Shown: piece by piece, positions 38,004 to 48,919 of the stretch | Layout of the letters: every line of letters begins with the position of its first letter | Numbering within the stretch: position 1 is the first letter of the stretch | Origin: Terriglobia bacterium | GTDB taxonomy: Bacteria; Acidobacteriota; Terriglobia; JAJPHL01; JAPKYU01 | Length of the DNA: 64,000 bases | Direction: 5' to 3' | Assembly (NCBI GenBank): GCA_965223005.1 | Contig: CBDCVK010000010.1 | Span: 416,001-480,000, forward strand | Position numbers and translations under genes: made by a program | Notes under the pieces: model-generated | What the model was told of the DNA's origin: nothing | What the model saw: the letters and a program-made list of their open reading frames with translations, nothing else | Database searches by the model: none

Positions 38004-40532
38004 ATGAGTCGAAGACATTGGGCAGCGTTTGGCGCGCTCATGTTGACGGTTGCGTGTTTCTTTTGGCGCCACCTTTTTACGACTGACGTTCTATTCTACC
38101 GGGACATCTCTTACGCTCACTACCCGCGGGTCGCGGAGCTGCGTGCAATTGTGCACTCCGGGCTGCCACCTCTGTGGAACCCCTTCGAACACTTCGGGGA
38201 ATCTGTCATTGCCAACCCGAACTACCTGTTGTTCTACCCGACCACCTGGTTGGCCTGGGTGCTGCCACCAGCCTACGGTTTCAAGCTCCACTACGTGCTG
38301 CACTTCTTCTTGCTGGCGGCGGGCGCCTTCCTGCTGGCGCGGCGAATCGGGCTGAGGCCCGCCGCCTGCTACGCGGCCGGGGCGGTGTTCGTCTTCAGCG
38401 GTCCGGTCATGTCGCTGGGCAATTTCTACAACATGTTGGCGGCGGCGGCCTGGATGCCCTTGGCTATCCTGGCCGCCGACTACCAGATGCGGCGCGGCGG
38501 CTGGCTCGGAGCCGGGCTGTTTTCCGGCGCCCTCACGATGCAGTTGTTTGCCGGGGAGCCGCTGACCAGCATGGCCACAGTGGCGTTGGCGCTGGGGTGG
38601 GTGATGGGGTTCTATGCCGATTGGCGTGGCCCGATCCAGTCCATGGTCAATCGGGTCCTGGCCGGCCGCTTCCTGCTGGTCCTGCTGCTAACGGTCGGAC
38701 TTGCGGCTGTGCAACTGCTTCCCGCGTTGTGGCATCTGGGTAAAACGGACCGCCCGTCCCTTAGCTTCGAAGCCGGCTTCTTCTGGTCTCTGCACCCACT
38801 GAAGCTGCTGGACGTACTATTGCCGCGCTTTTGGGGAGACGCGCTTTCCCACTGGCATCTGCCCTGGCTCTACCTGGATGGCCGCGAGCCGCTGCTGTTA
38901 TCGCTGTTCATCGGAATTCTCCCAATTGGGCTCGCGCTGGTGGCCGTGCTGGTGGGCCGGGACCATTCTACGCGCCTGTGGCCGACGCGCTTCTGGGGGC
39001 TCACCGGTGCGGTGGCGCTGCTGATCGCGCTCGGGAGCTTCACGCCCTTTTCATACGTGCTCTATTACGTGCTGCCAGTCTTCCAGATCGTTCGGTTTCC
39101 GGTCAAGTTGCTGGTGCCGGTGGCGTTGGCCGTATCCCAACTGGCGGCGATCGGCATCGAGTACCTGGCGGTCGAAAAGCCGGGGGAACGGCAGGCTCGC
39201 CGCTTGCTGTGGCTGGGCGGCGGCGTGGTGGCTCTGGGGGTCGTCTGGCTGCTGCTGGCTGTTTATGCGCGGTTCCTGCCAGACGACGCCGTGCAGGCAG
39301 CCCGAAGGCTGGCCGAAATCCAGTTTCACCACACCCGCGTGCTCAACCTCCGGCCAGTGCTGGAGATGAATCATGCAGAAACCGTCGAACGCGCTGCGTT
39401 GTGGCTCACGTCGGTGATTGCGCAGCAATTGCCTCATGTATTGCTTCCAGTGCTGCTGATCGCTGCCTTGATCTTCTGCCGCTGGCCAGCATCTTCAGGT
39501 GTGAATCCCTGGCTGATAGCGGGCCGGTTTCGTTCGCTTCTGGTATGGCTCGCCGTCGCGGTCGGGGTCTTACTGTTAATGCTGAACCACCGGACGGTAA
39601 ATCCCGTCGCTCCTCGGCACTTTCTTGACTACCAACCACCCGTTCTGGAAAAGCTGAAGAGTCAAAGCCCGCCGCTGCGCGTCTTTGCGGAACCGCAGCC
39701 GGTTGTGCCGAATCTTCCTTCCCGGTTCCTTCTGCGGAATCCTTTGGATTTTCTGCCTGCCGCCGCCCAGTTGCCCTATACGCTCCGCCAGAGTCTGCAG
39801 ATCAGCGCGGGAACTCTGGGCGTAGAAAATAGCTACACCGCAGATGCGGAGATGCTCCTGCCGAAACCACACGCCCTCCTGAACAATCTGATCTATCTGA
39901 CCCCCCCGCCCAACATGCCGCTGGCGCGGCTGCTGGCCGCGGGTAGCGTCGAGTACGCCCTGTTACGCCACTGGGAGCCCAAGCCTGACGCCCGCTTCGC
40001 CCTGGTGGGAACGTTTCCGAATGAGACCCGCTTTCCCGTCAATGCCTATCGCGTGATGGACGCGCTGCCGCGCGCCTACCTGATTGCGGCTCACAAAGCC
40101 GAGCTGCTGCCAGCGGACGTGTCAGGCCTGGTCCGCCTGGCCTCGGATGAATTTGATCTCAGTACCCAGGTGATCCTGGAAAGCGACGCAGGAAACGCGC
40201 ACAAGTCACCGGGGCCAGCAGCCGGGGAGAAAGGACCTGCCGGCGAAGCCCGCATCTTGCATCGCGACGCGTTGCATGTCGAAGTCCAGGCGGTAGCGTT
40301 CGAGCCCGCCTACCTGGTGCTCACCGACAGCTACAATGAAGAGTGGCAGGTGAGTGTGGACGGCCGACCTGGCCGGATGCTGCGCGCGAATCTGATCTTT
40401 CGTGCCGTGCCGCTAACGCCCGGATCTCACCGGGTGATCTTCCGCTATCGGCCCCGATCACTGTATTGGGGAGTTGCAATCACGCTGGCCACGGCCGCGG
40501 CAATCGGGCTGCTCATCTGGCGGCGGAGGTAG
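38004..40532 (+). CDS. YfhO-family GT-C membrane glycosyltransferase
   Basis: RD after TM1, PLWNP..G, FYP, many TMs, C-terminal LVLTDSY..W.V.VDG..RAN.IFRAV..G.H.V.FRYRP; start uncertain. Confidence 0.82.
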   Translation: MSRRHWAAFGALMLTVACFFWRHLFTTDVLFYRDISYAHYPRVAELRAIVHSGLPPLWNPFEHFGESVIANPNYLLFYPTTWLAWVLPPAYGFKLHYVLHFFLLAAGAFLLARRIGLRPAACYAAGAVFVFSGPVMSLGNFYNMLAAAAWMPLAILAADYQMRRGGWLGAGLFSGALTMQLFAGEPLTSMATVALALGWVMGFYADWRGPIQSMVNRVLAGRFLLVLLLTVGLAAVQLLPALWHLGKTDRPSLSFEAGFFWSLHPLKLLDVLLPRFWGDALSHWHLPWLYLDGREPLLLSLFIGILPIGLALVAVLVGRDHSTRLWPTRFWGLTGAVALLIALGSFTPFSYVLYYVLPVFQIVRFPVKLLVPVALAVSQLAAIGIEYLAVEKPGERQARRLLWLGGGVVALGVVWLLLAVYARFLPDDAVQAARRLAEIQFHHTRVLNLRPVLEMNHAETVERAALWLTSVIAQQLPHVLLPVLLIAALIFCRWPASSGVNPWLIAGRFRSLLVWLAVAVGVLLLMLNHRTVNPVAPRHFLDYQPPVLEKLKSQSPPLRVFAEPQPVVPNLPSRFLLRNPLDFLPAAAQLPYTLRQSLQISAGTLGVENSYTADAEMLLPKPHALLNNLIYLTPPPNMPLARLLAAGSVEYALLRHWEPKPDARFALVGTFPNETRFPVNAYRVMDALPRAYLIAAHKAELLPADVSGLVRLASDEFDLSTQVILESDAGNAHKSPGPAAGEKGPAGEARILHRDALHVEVQAVAFEPAYLVLTDSYNEEWQVSVDGRPGRMLRANLIFRAVPLTPGSHRVIFRYRPRSLYWGVAITLATAAAIGLLIWRRR

Positions 40533-40561
40533 AAAACTTCACTAGGAAATTTCGCTATTCT

Positions 40562-41627
40562 TTACTCTTCTGGTTCTTCTGGCTCTTGGCGGGGTCGCTT
40601 TCGGCTGGGTGATCTGGGAGAGAACGACTCAGGGTTCGCCGCCAGCTTCTCCAGCAGTTCTTGAGGGATGTCGACAGTAATGCGCAATGTGCCCGCCTCC
40701 TGTTGCACGTCTAAAGTATTCAGAAGTTCGAGCGGTTCGGGGCGGTCGGAGGGAGCGCCCATGCGCATCGTCGCCAGGAAGCCACGCGCAAGGTCGTTCA
40801 GGGTGCCGGCATCCTGCTCGTTGCCGAAGGTGCCCTCGAGGAACAGTCGCAGCCCGGAGGTGACCTTGAGGGCGAAGGTGGTGGCTTCGATTCGCTGCAG
40901 CAGCTGAAACACATTGGCCTGCCCGGGCGGGGGATTACCAGCTGTCTTCAGCAAATCCCCAGTAGCGAGGGCGACGGCCCAAAGCTGGTTCTCAGACCCC
41001 AACTCTTGCAACTGCTCAACCAATTCACCATTGTTCAGCACGCTGGGGCCGGGTTCCAGCTTCAGGTCCAGCGCCTGCTTCACCGCCGATGTTGTGCCCA
41101 GCAGGATCGTCTGGTCGTCCAGCAGCACTGTCGTCACTGACTCGCTCTTAGAAAGCTCAGGGTCTTCCTTCTCCACCATCCAGATTTCGAAGCCTCGGTA
41201 GAGCTCCGGCGCATCAGACTTTTGCCGCAGGACCGCAGAAATTTTCGAGCGCTCGTACCGCGCCGTCACAACCACTAGACCCCTTACCGAGTCGGGCATC
41301 TCCCCCCCCGGGGAGGCTCCAGAACGCGCCCGTCACCCCTTTGAAGTCGCGCAACACATCCAAGCCAGTGTCAGCCTTAAAACTGCGGTACCCGGGGTCG
41401 TTCATTGCCTCCTCGGCGCGCGACCGCACAGTAGCAAAGGCAGCCGAGGAGAGCAGCCCGTCCAGGTCCAGGCCAAACAGGACGGTCGCCTCCGCCGGCA
41501 GGAGCCCCAGGTTGTTGTTCAGTTGGAAGGGATCTGCTGAGGCGGGCTGCTGGCTGCCGCGCCCCATCAGGAGACCTGTCACCGCTAGCAAAACAACGAG
41601 GATTGCGACAAAGGATTTGCGACGCAT
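40562..41627 (-). pseudogene. exported DUF3352-like protein split by a frameshift in a G8 run (41302-41309)
   Basis: Signal peptide and LLPAEA..G.D in ORF 41214..41666; continuation in ORF 40562..41299; junction CCCCGGGGGGGGAGATG. Confidence 0.7.
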
Positions 41628-41810
41628 GGAAACCTCACCTTCCCTCAAGTTTCGCCAGCCGCGCAAGCGCGGCTGGGTTGTGTTCCGTACCGTCTGCTAA
41701 TGATTCCCGAGATTCCGGCTCCTTATTCAGGTTCCTCTTTCTTTGGACTGAAATCCGCAATGCTGGTGTCTGGGCTGGCAAACGGGCCACAGGGGGTGCC
41801 CCCTCGGGGT

Positions 41811-42761
41811 TCAGCGCAATGCGGGGGTTGGCTGCTTGACGTTGATCGGCCAGAGCCAGCCGTGACGGTCAGGTTTCCGTCCCTCGATAATGGCGAAAAA
41901 TTCTTCCTGTAGCGCGCGAGTGATCGGGCCGCGATTCCCGCTGCCGATCGAAATCTTGTCCACCGAGCGCACTGGGGTAATTTCGACGGCGGTGCCGCTG
42001 AAAATGACCTCGTCGGCAATGTAGAGAGCCTCGCGCGGAATGACCTGCTCGACTACGGGAATGCCCAAGTCCCGCGCCAGCCGCAGCACGGTGTCCCGGG
42101 TGATACCGGGCAGAATTGCCGATGCCAGCGGAGGCGTGTGCATCGTCCCGTCTTTTACCACGAAGACGTTCTCCCCGCTCCCTTCGCTGATGAATCCGTT
42201 CACGTCCAGCGCGATGCCTTCGGCGTAGCCGTTGGCCATCGCCTCCATCCGGACCAACTGCGAGTTCATGTAGTTGGCGGCAGCTTTGGACATGGCAGGC
42301 AGGGTGTTGGGCGCCATCCGGGCCCAGGAGCTGATGCAAACGTCGGTGCCTTGCTCCAGCGCTTCTTTGCCCAGGTACTTGCCCCATTCCCAGCAGGCCA
42401 GAAACACCTCGACCGGGCAGTTGCCGGGGTACACTCCCATGTCGCCGTACCCGCGCAGCACGATGGGCCGCACGTAGCAGGCCTCCAGGCGGTTGACCCG
42501 CACCAGCTCCCGCATCGCTTCCGTCAGCTGCTCCCGTGAATGGCCGATTTGCATGCGGTAGATCTTGGCAGAGTTGAACAACCGCTCGACGTGCTCCTTC
42601 AAGCGGAAGATCGCCGGCCCGTTGGACGTGGCGTAGCACCGCATCCCCTCGAAGACCGCAGATCCGTAGTTCACCACATGGGACAGCACGTGGATCCGTG
42701 CCTCGTCCCAGGGGATGAACCGCCCGTCATGCCAGATCTTCTCGCTTTTCTTGACGGCCAT
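41811..42761 (-). CDS. ilvE: branched-chain amino acid aminotransferase
   Basis: [41 protein letters not shown]. Confidence 0.95.
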   Translation of the reverse strand: MAVKKSEKIWHDGRFIPWDEARIHVLSHVVNYGSAVFEGMRCYATSNGPAIFRLKEHVERLFNSAKIYRMQIGHSREQLTEAMRELVRVNRLEACYVRPIVLRGYGDMGVYPGNCPVEVFLACWEWGKYLGKEALEQGTDVCISSWARMAPNTLPAMSKAAANYMNSQLVRMEAMANGYAEGIALDVNGFISEGSGENVFVVKDGTMHTPPLASAILPGITRDTVLRLARDLGIPVVEQVIPREALYIADEVIFSGTAVEITPVRSVDKISIGSGNRGPITRALQEEFFAIIEGRKPDRHGWLWPINVKQPTPALR

Positions 42762-42946
42762 TCCTGGTTGGGTGTCCCTCTCGCCGAATCAGTATAGCAT
42801 TGAATCCAATGCTGTCAGGTAGTCCCAAGGAACCCGTCCGCGGCGGCCAGCACGAACAAGCGCGAAACGCGCTGCCTAGGCAGTGCATCTGTAAGATAGC
42901 CCCTGGGAAGCCGTTCGTGGCAGGATAGAAGCCCAGGAGAAAGATC

Positions 42947-44323
42947 ATGTCGCGATATCGCCCACTGCTCACCGTGCTGGTTGCTTTGGTCTTGGTGGCG
43001 CAGGTCCTGGCCGCTCGCACGCGCGTCAAACCGGGAATGAATTTCTTCTCCAAGCAACAGGAAATTCAGTTGGGCAAAGAGGCGGCCGCCGACCTGGAGC
43101 GCCAACTGTCGCTGGTCCGGGACCGATCAATGAACACCTACGTCAGCCAACTGGGACGACGCTTGGCCCGCTATTCGCCGGCGCCCAACTATCCCTACAC
43201 GTTCAAGGTGGTGCGCGACAAGCGGATCAATGCGTTCGCGCTGCCGGGCGGTCCGATCTACGTTCATACCGGAACGGTCGCGGCCGCCGAGAACGAGGGG
43301 CAACTGGCTGGAGTGATGGGACACGAGATCGCGCACGTAGCCCTGCGCCACGGAACGAACAACGCCTCCAAGGCGATGCTGGCGCAGATGCCGCTGGCAA
43401 TCCTGGGAGGAGTGATCGGCTCTGGGTCCCTCGTGGGACAGCTCGCAAGGTTCGGCATCGGCTTCGGCGCCAACTCTGTTCTGCTGAAATTTTCCCGGAA
43501 TGCGGAGCGCCAGGCCGACATCATCGGCACACAGATGCTTTTTGACGCGGGGTATGACCCGCAGGAGATGGCCCGCTTCTTCCAGAAATTGCAAGGCGAG
43601 AAGCGTGGCGGCTCGATCGAATTTCTCTCCAGCCACCCCAACCCGGGCAACCGGGTCGAGGGAGTGCGCAAGGAAATCAGCACGCTTGGGCCGCAGAAAT
43701 ATCAGGTGGCGGAGAATCCGGACTTCGGACGGGCCCGGTCGCGGGCCGTCCAGCTCAACCGGCAGCCGGCTGCCCGGCGCGAGCGCGACTTTGGCCACGA
43801 AGAGCGTGCTGAGCACCAGCACCCCCGCCTGCCCAGCCGCAATTTCCGCGTCTTTGACGCCGGCTGGTACCGCATCCAATACCCGGACAACTGGGAGGTC
43901 CACGGAAGGGGAACTTCGGCGCAGACTATCGCGCCGCGCGAAGGCATTGTGCGCTCGCGCGAGACCTCGGGAATCGCCTACGGCGCCCTGGTCAGCATCT
44001 TTGAACCAGAAACGGACGAAGATGGGCGCGTCAGCCTCCATCAGGCCAGCTCGCAACTGATCGAGCAGATCCAGCACAGCAACCCGGGGATGCGGGTGAT
44101 CAGGAGGAGGCAGCGAACTCGAGTCGGCCGCCAGCGGGCCGTTTCTCTGACGCTGCGGGGGCCCTCGCCGGTGCGCGGCGAAAACGAGCTGGACTGGCTG
44201 GTCTCGACGCTCCGCCCAGACGGGACGCTCTGGTACATCGTGTTTGTGGCTCCTGAGCAAGACTTCGGCGCTCTTCGTCCCACCTTCGAACAGATGTTGG
44301 ATTCGGTCCGCTTCCCCCGCTGA
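42947..44323 (+). CDS. M48-family metallopeptidase with C-terminal PsbP-like domain
   Basis: Signal peptide, INAFALPGG, HEIAH, FSR.AE.QAD, FLSSHP..NR. Confidence 0.9.
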   Translation: MSRYRPLLTVLVALVLVAQVLAARTRVKPGMNFFSKQQEIQLGKEAAADLERQLSLVRDRSMNTYVSQLGRRLARYSPAPNYPYTFKVVRDKRINAFALPGGPIYVHTGTVAAAENEGQLAGVMGHEIAHVALRHGTNNASKAMLAQMPLAILGGVIGSGSLVGQLARFGIGFGANSVLLKFSRNAERQADIIGTQMLFDAGYDPQEMARFFQKLQGEKRGGSIEFLSSHPNPGNRVEGVRKEISTLGPQKYQVAENPDFGRARSRAVQLNRQPAARRERDFGHEERAEHQHPRLPSRNFRVFDAGWYRIQYPDNWEVHGRGTSAQTIAPREGIVRSRETSGIAYGALVSIFEPETDEDGRVSLHQASSQLIEQIQHSNPGMRVIRRRQRTRVGRQRAVSLTLRGPSPVRGENELDWLVSTLRPDGTLWYIVFVAPEQDFGALRPTFEQMLDSVRFPR

Positions 44324-44383
44324 CCTTCAGCAAGCTGCTGAAAACCACAACGTGGGTCTTGCAGCGGCCTACTAATCGAACCT

Positions 44384-44418
44384 CAAAGCAACTTCTGTCA
44401 ACTCCAAAGCAACTTCTG
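44384..44418. repeat. 14-bp direct repeat CAAAGCAACTTCTG x2, 21-bp period
   Basis: Exact copies at 44384-44397 and 44405-44418. Confidence 0.8.
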
Positions 44419-44538
44419 CAAGCAACCGGGGTTTCTGTTTGTGAAGACCATCTTCTTCGGGAACACGCGGGTATGCACCTGGGATGGGATGGCTTCCAAC
44501 ATTTTGTAAAGAAAAATGACTTTGAGGGGAGATCGTCA

Positions 44539-45128
44539 ATGAAAACTAGGTTACTTGCCGTAGCGGCAGTGTGCTCGCTCCTGTTTTCGATTCCCATGGT
44601 TGCTCAGGACGAGCCCGCAACGGATCAAGGGAGACTGCTGGAAGCTGTCCAGCGCATCTTGGAGCTGACGGACTCGCAGGCCCAGGAATTAGCAGATTTG
44701 AGGCAGTCGCATCTCGAACAAGTACATGCTCTGTGGACGCAAATCCGGGAACTGGAACAGCAGAAGGCCGCACTGCTCAGCTCCGACAACCCGGAGCCCG
44801 GCCAGGTCGGAGCCATTGTGATTCAGCAGTTTGGGTTGAAGCAGCAGGTGCAGGCGGCGAATCAGTCTTATCATGAGGCCGCACTGGCTCTTTTGACGCC
44901 GGAACAGCAGGAGAAAGTGGCCAAATTCAGGAGGCCGTACACCTGGCACGCCAGGGAAGACCGTTAGCCGCATTCGGGCTTATCCACCCGCCCCGCCCGC
45001 ACCACTCTTTCAGGAGACTCCTGCGCCAGAGGTTTGGCCGGAGGTTTGGCCAGAGTTCTGCAATGCCGGGAGGGGAAGACCACACGGCGCCCGGGCCGGT
45101 TCCGTTCCGGCTATTCCCAACAAAGTGA
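44539..45128 (+). pseudogene. Spy/CpxP-like periplasmic protein with apparent 1-nt deletion near 44921
   Basis: GAGGGGAG RBS, signal peptide, LELTDSQ and LLTPEQQ LTxxQ motifs; helical C-terminus IQEAVHLARQ..AAFGLI is in the shifted frame. Confidence 0.65.
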
Positions 45129-45193
45129 GTCTCTAAAAGCGAGAGACCCGGGCAGGTGACTTTCGGCAATGCGCCTACCTCCGGACTCCAGTT

Positions 45194-46912
45194 TCATTTT
45201 TGGATAAGGAAATTGCCGATGGCCAGCGCGTCCACCCCGCTGGAGTAAAACACGCGCAGGGCTTCGCTGGGAGTTGCGGCCAGGGGAGCCCCCGGTTCAT
45301 TGAACGACGTATTGATCAGCACGGGATGGCCGGTCAGTTCGCCCACCCGCGTCAGCAGCTCGTGGTAGTGCTTGTTGCCCGCACGCGGTACGACGTGGAT
45401 GCGCGCCCGATCGCCGGCAAACGCCAGCCCGGGAACACTGGCCGCATCCTTGACCCGCGCCACGGAAGCCAGGTAAGCGGCTGGCGCAGGCCAGCGATAG
45501 TCAAAGTAGCGCGCGGCGGCCTCTTCGGTCACCGAAGCTGCAAGCGGCCTGAACGGCTCGCGGCGCTTGGTGTAGGCGTTCAGGTTCTCCTTCACCCAAT
45601 GATCCCGCGGGGCTGCCAGAACACTGCGGTGCCCCAGGGCCCGCGGCCCGAATTCGGCGGCCCCTTGAAACCAGCCCACAAACGAACCACCCGCAAGCAA
45701 CTCGGCTACGGCGCCCACTAGTTGTGGCATGGCCTGATGGCGATAGCGCAGTCGGCAGTTATCTAGGATGTCTTTAATCTCCTGCCCGGAGAAAGCGGGA
45801 CCCAGGCTGGCTGACAGCATGCAGCGCCGTAGGGAAACGCCGGCGGCCTGGGTGACGGCCATGGCCCCGCCAATGGCGCACCCCGCGTTGCCGGCGGCTG
45901 GTGGAACAAAACCGTCGCGGAAGCCAGTCCGTGTGGCCAGCGCGTCGGCCAGCAGGACGTTGAAGGCGACGCCGCCGCCAAGACACAGCGTTTCGGCGCC
46001 CGTGCGCTGGCGCCAGTGCTCGGCCAGCTCCACCAGCGCCGCTTCGACTTCCGATTGCAGGCTGGCGGCCAGATTAGCCCGCCAGCTTTGCGGCATCGCG
46101 GCGGCGGCGGTGACCGGACTTCTGGGTCGGCCCTTGGAGCGTGGTTGCAGTCCAATCGCCGAGAGGAACTTTTCCGAAAGCCGGACACGTCCGGAAGCGC
46201 TGGAGCTAAAGCAGTCGGCCTTCAGGCGCAGCTCGCCACGATGAAACGGCGCCAAGATGCGGCGAAAGACATCACCGAACTCAGGCTCCCCGGTGGTGCT
46301 CAGCCACACGGTGCGGTGGACATCGTCCGCCGGGTCCCAACCCAGCAACGCTGTGATTTCGCTGTAGAGCAATCCCAGCGAGTGGGGGAAGGTCCCGTCG
46401 GCCAGCGGCCGGATGCCATCGCCCTCGGCCAGTGCCACCTGGGCTGCCCGCATCGCCGAACCGCCGTCCAGGGTCAGCACCAGAGCGCGGTCGAACGTGC
46501 TGGGATAGTAAGCGTAGGCGGCGTGAGCGTAGTGGTGATCTACGGCTGTGAAGCGAGCCTTCGGGAACAATTCTCGCAGGGTGCGCAGGTCGCGCAACTC
46601 CAGCCGCGCCCGGTTCAGTCCAGCGATGCCGTGCAGGACCGAGGCCAGCGGGGCAATGGGAAACTTCCTGCCGCGAAAGACAAGTTCGCGCCCTAGCAAC
46701 CGCAGCGGTTGCAGGTCCACCGCGACAGCCTCCACATCGTCGGCCGTCGCTCCGGCTTTGTTCAGGCAGAAAGCAATGGCCTTGTTCGGCACGCCATGGG
46801 GACTGCGCCGCCCGATCAGCTTGGCTTCCTCGCAGGCCGCCAGAATCTCTCCGTCTCGCAACAGAGCCGCCGTGGCTTGGTGGGACAAGCCAGAGATTCC
46901 CAACACGAGCAT
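45194..46912 (-). CDS. NodU/CmcH-family carbamoyltransferase (atypical motifs)
   Basis: HHYAHA, FPHSLG..Y, LGGGVAFN, EFGPRALG.RS, KRREPFRP, LINTSFN. Confidence 0.88.
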   Translation of the reverse strand: MLVLGISGLSHQATAALLRDGEILAACEEAKLIGRRSPHGVPNKAIAFCLNKAGATADDVEAVAVDLQPLRLLGRELVFRGRKFPIAPLASVLHGIAGLNRARLELRDLRTLRELFPKARFTAVDHHYAHAAYAYYPSTFDRALVLTLDGGSAMRAAQVALAEGDGIRPLADGTFPHSLGLLYSEITALLGWDPADDVHRTVWLSTTGEPEFGDVFRRILAPFHRGELRLKADCFSSSASGRVRLSEKFLSAIGLQPRSKGRPRSPVTAAAAMPQSWRANLAASLQSEVEAALVELAEHWRQRTGAETLCLGGGVAFNVLLADALATRTGFRDGFVPPAAGNAGCAIGGAMAVTQAAGVSLRRCMLSASLGPAFSGQEIKDILDNCRLRYRHQAMPQLVGAVAELLAGGSFVGWFQGAAEFGPRALGHRSVLAAPRDHWVKENLNAYTKRREPFRPLAASVTEEAAARYFDYRWPAPAAYLASVARVKDAASVPGLAFAGDRARIHVVPRAGNKHYHELLTRVGELTGHPVLINTSFNEPGAPLAATPSEALRVFYSSGVDALAIGNFLIQK

Positions 46913-47022
46913 AGAGCTTAAGTGTATCAGGTGTCAGGGGCGCGGTTTCGGAGGCAAGCAGTAGGCAGCAGAAAATAGGTTGGTCTGCCTTCGGCCCGGC
47001 GCGTTCTGTTATTCTTCCTTGC

Positions 47023-47568
47023 ATGCACAGGCGCAAGCCCATCCGGCAAGCAAAGGTCCAGCGCTCTGAAGTGGTCTTCCGGGGCCGCGTGTTCTCTGTG
47101 ACCCGGGATACGGCGGTGGAGCCGGGCGGCAAGAAAGTCGTGCGGGAAATTGTGCGCCACTCCGGCTCGGCAGTGATTCTCCCGCACCACAGCGATGGTC
47201 GCCTGCTCCTGGTTCGGCAGTTCCGACTGGCTCCGCGACGGTTCCTGTGGGAGCTGGCGGCCGGGCGCATCGACGGCGGGGAAAGTCCGCTTCAGGCTGG
47301 ACGGCGCGAGCTACTGGAGGAAACTGGCTTCCGGGCCGCCCGCTGGAAGCTGCTGGCCGAGGTCTTTCCCAGCCCGGGTTTCGTGGACGAGAAAATGTGG
47401 CTGTTCCTGGCCGAAGGGCTGCGCCAGGGGCGTGCCCGCCCGGAACCCGATGAGCTGATCCGCAAGCGATGGTTTTCCCTTCCTCAGTTGGGAGAGTTGA
47501 TCCGGCGCGGCAAGATCCAGGACGGGAAAACTCTGCTGGGATATTTCTTACTGCGGAATCAAGGCTAG
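47023..47568 (+). CDS. NUDIX hydrolase (ADP-ribose pyrophosphatase-like)
   Basis: LVRQFR, ELAAGRIDGGESPLQAGRRELLEETG, SPGF.DE, DGKT. Confidence 0.9.
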   Translation: MHRRKPIRQAKVQRSEVVFRGRVFSVTRDTAVEPGGKKVVREIVRHSGSAVILPHHSDGRLLLVRQFRLAPRRFLWELAAGRIDGGESPLQAGRRELLEETGFRAARWKLLAEVFPSPGFVDEKMWLFLAEGLRQGRARPEPDELIRKRWFSLPQLGELIRRGKIQDGKTLLGYFLLRNQG

Positions 47569-47704
47569 CGAAATACGCTCAAGACTCACGGGTTTCCTCA
47601 GAAAGCCCATCCAACGCGCGTTTCGGCCATGGCCTGAGTCGAATGGAAGGGCTGACGGGGAGCGATCCGCCATTTTTCCCAGCCTCCCAGTGCGGAGGCC
47701 TCTC

Positions 47705-48913
47705 TCATTGTGTTTGCTTGACGGCCAGCACGGCATTGAGGCCTCCAAACGCGAAGGAGTTGGAAACGGCGGCCCGCACCAGCTGCTGGCGGGGCGTACC
47801 GGGCACGTAGTCCAGGTCGCATTCCGGGTCGGGCTTGGTGTAGTTGGCGGTGGGAGGGACGACACCGCAGTCCACCGCAAGCGCCGTGGCGATGAGTTCC
47901 AGCGCGCCGCTGGCCCCCATGGCGTGCCCGTGCATGGACTTGGTCGAGGAGATAGCCAGGGCGCGCGCATGCGGGCCGAATGCCTGCTTCAGGATCTGTG
48001 TTTCCCTGGGATCATTCAAGCGCGTCCCGGTGCCGTGGGCGTTCACGTAATCCACCGCTTCGGGCGCCAGCGCCGCCTGAGCCAGTGCGGTGCGTAGGGC
48101 GGCCACCGGACCCTCCAATCCCGGCTGCGTGATGTGACCGGCATCCGCGGTAGCTCCGTAGCCGGCCAGTTCCGCGTAAATGCGCGCGCCGCGCCGACGG
48201 GCGTGCTCCCACTCTTCCAGCACCAACACACCCGACCCTTCGCCCAAGACCATCCCCTGGCGGTCGGCACTAAACGGCCGGCACACCGGGGCCATCACGC
48301 GCATCGCTTCCCAGCACTTCATCACGCCGTAGCAGATGGGCGCGTCACTGCCGCCTGCCAGCATCCACTCGGCGCGCCCGGTCCGGATCATTTCAGCGGC
48401 CTCGCCCAGCGCGTGGGTGGCCGAAGCACAGGCGGTGGAGAAGGCCAAGACCGGCCCCGTCAAGCCAAATTCCATACTGAGTTGCGACGCGGCGGCGCCG
48501 TACATCAGGCGCGGAATGGTAAACGGGTGCAGGCGCTGGGCGTTGCGGCCATACAGTTCGTAATAGCGTTCGTCCTGGGTGAGTGCGCCACCGCTGCCAG
48601 TTCCCAAGGCGACCCCGGCGCGCCCATGATTGCTCTGGCTCGGCTCCAGGCCGGCGTCGTGCAAAGCTTCTGAAGCCGCCAGCAGAGCAAACTGTGCGAA
48701 CCGGTCCAGCAGGTCCAGCTTTTTCGGGGGAAAGTGGCTTGCCGGATCGTAGTTGGGAACTTCCGCGGCCACCGGTACCACCAGCCGCGACGGATCGAAC
48801 AGGCTGATGCGCCGCTCGGCGCTGCGGCCAGCCAGCAACCCCTGCCAAAATGCCGGCACGCCGCAACCCAGCGCCGAGACGCAACCCATCCCGGTAATCG
48901 CCACGCGGTTCAT
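47705..48913 (-). CDS. beta-ketoacyl-ACP synthase (FabF/NodE-like)
   Basis: TACAS (catalytic Cys), AHGTGT, KSMHGH, SNSFAFGG. Confidence 0.92.
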   Translation of the reverse strand: MNRVAITGMGCVSALGCGVPAFWQGLLAGRSAERRISLFDPSRLVVPVAAEVPNYDPASHFPPKKLDLLDRFAQFALLAASEALHDAGLEPSQSNHGRAGVALGTGSGGALTQDERYYELYGRNAQRLHPFTIPRLMYGAAASQLSMEFGLTGPVLAFSTACASATHALGEAAEMIRTGRAEWMLAGGSDAPICYGVMKCWEAMRVMAPVCRPFSADRQGMVLGEGSGVLVLEEWEHARRRGARIYAELAGYGATADAGHITQPGLEGPVAALRTALAQAALAPEAVDYVNAHGTGTRLNDPRETQILKQAFGPHARALAISSTKSMHGHAMGASGALELIATALAVDCGVVPPTANYTKPDPECDLDYVPGTPRQQLVRAAVSNSFAFGGLNAVLAVKQTQ

Positions 48914-48919
48914 TTCAAA

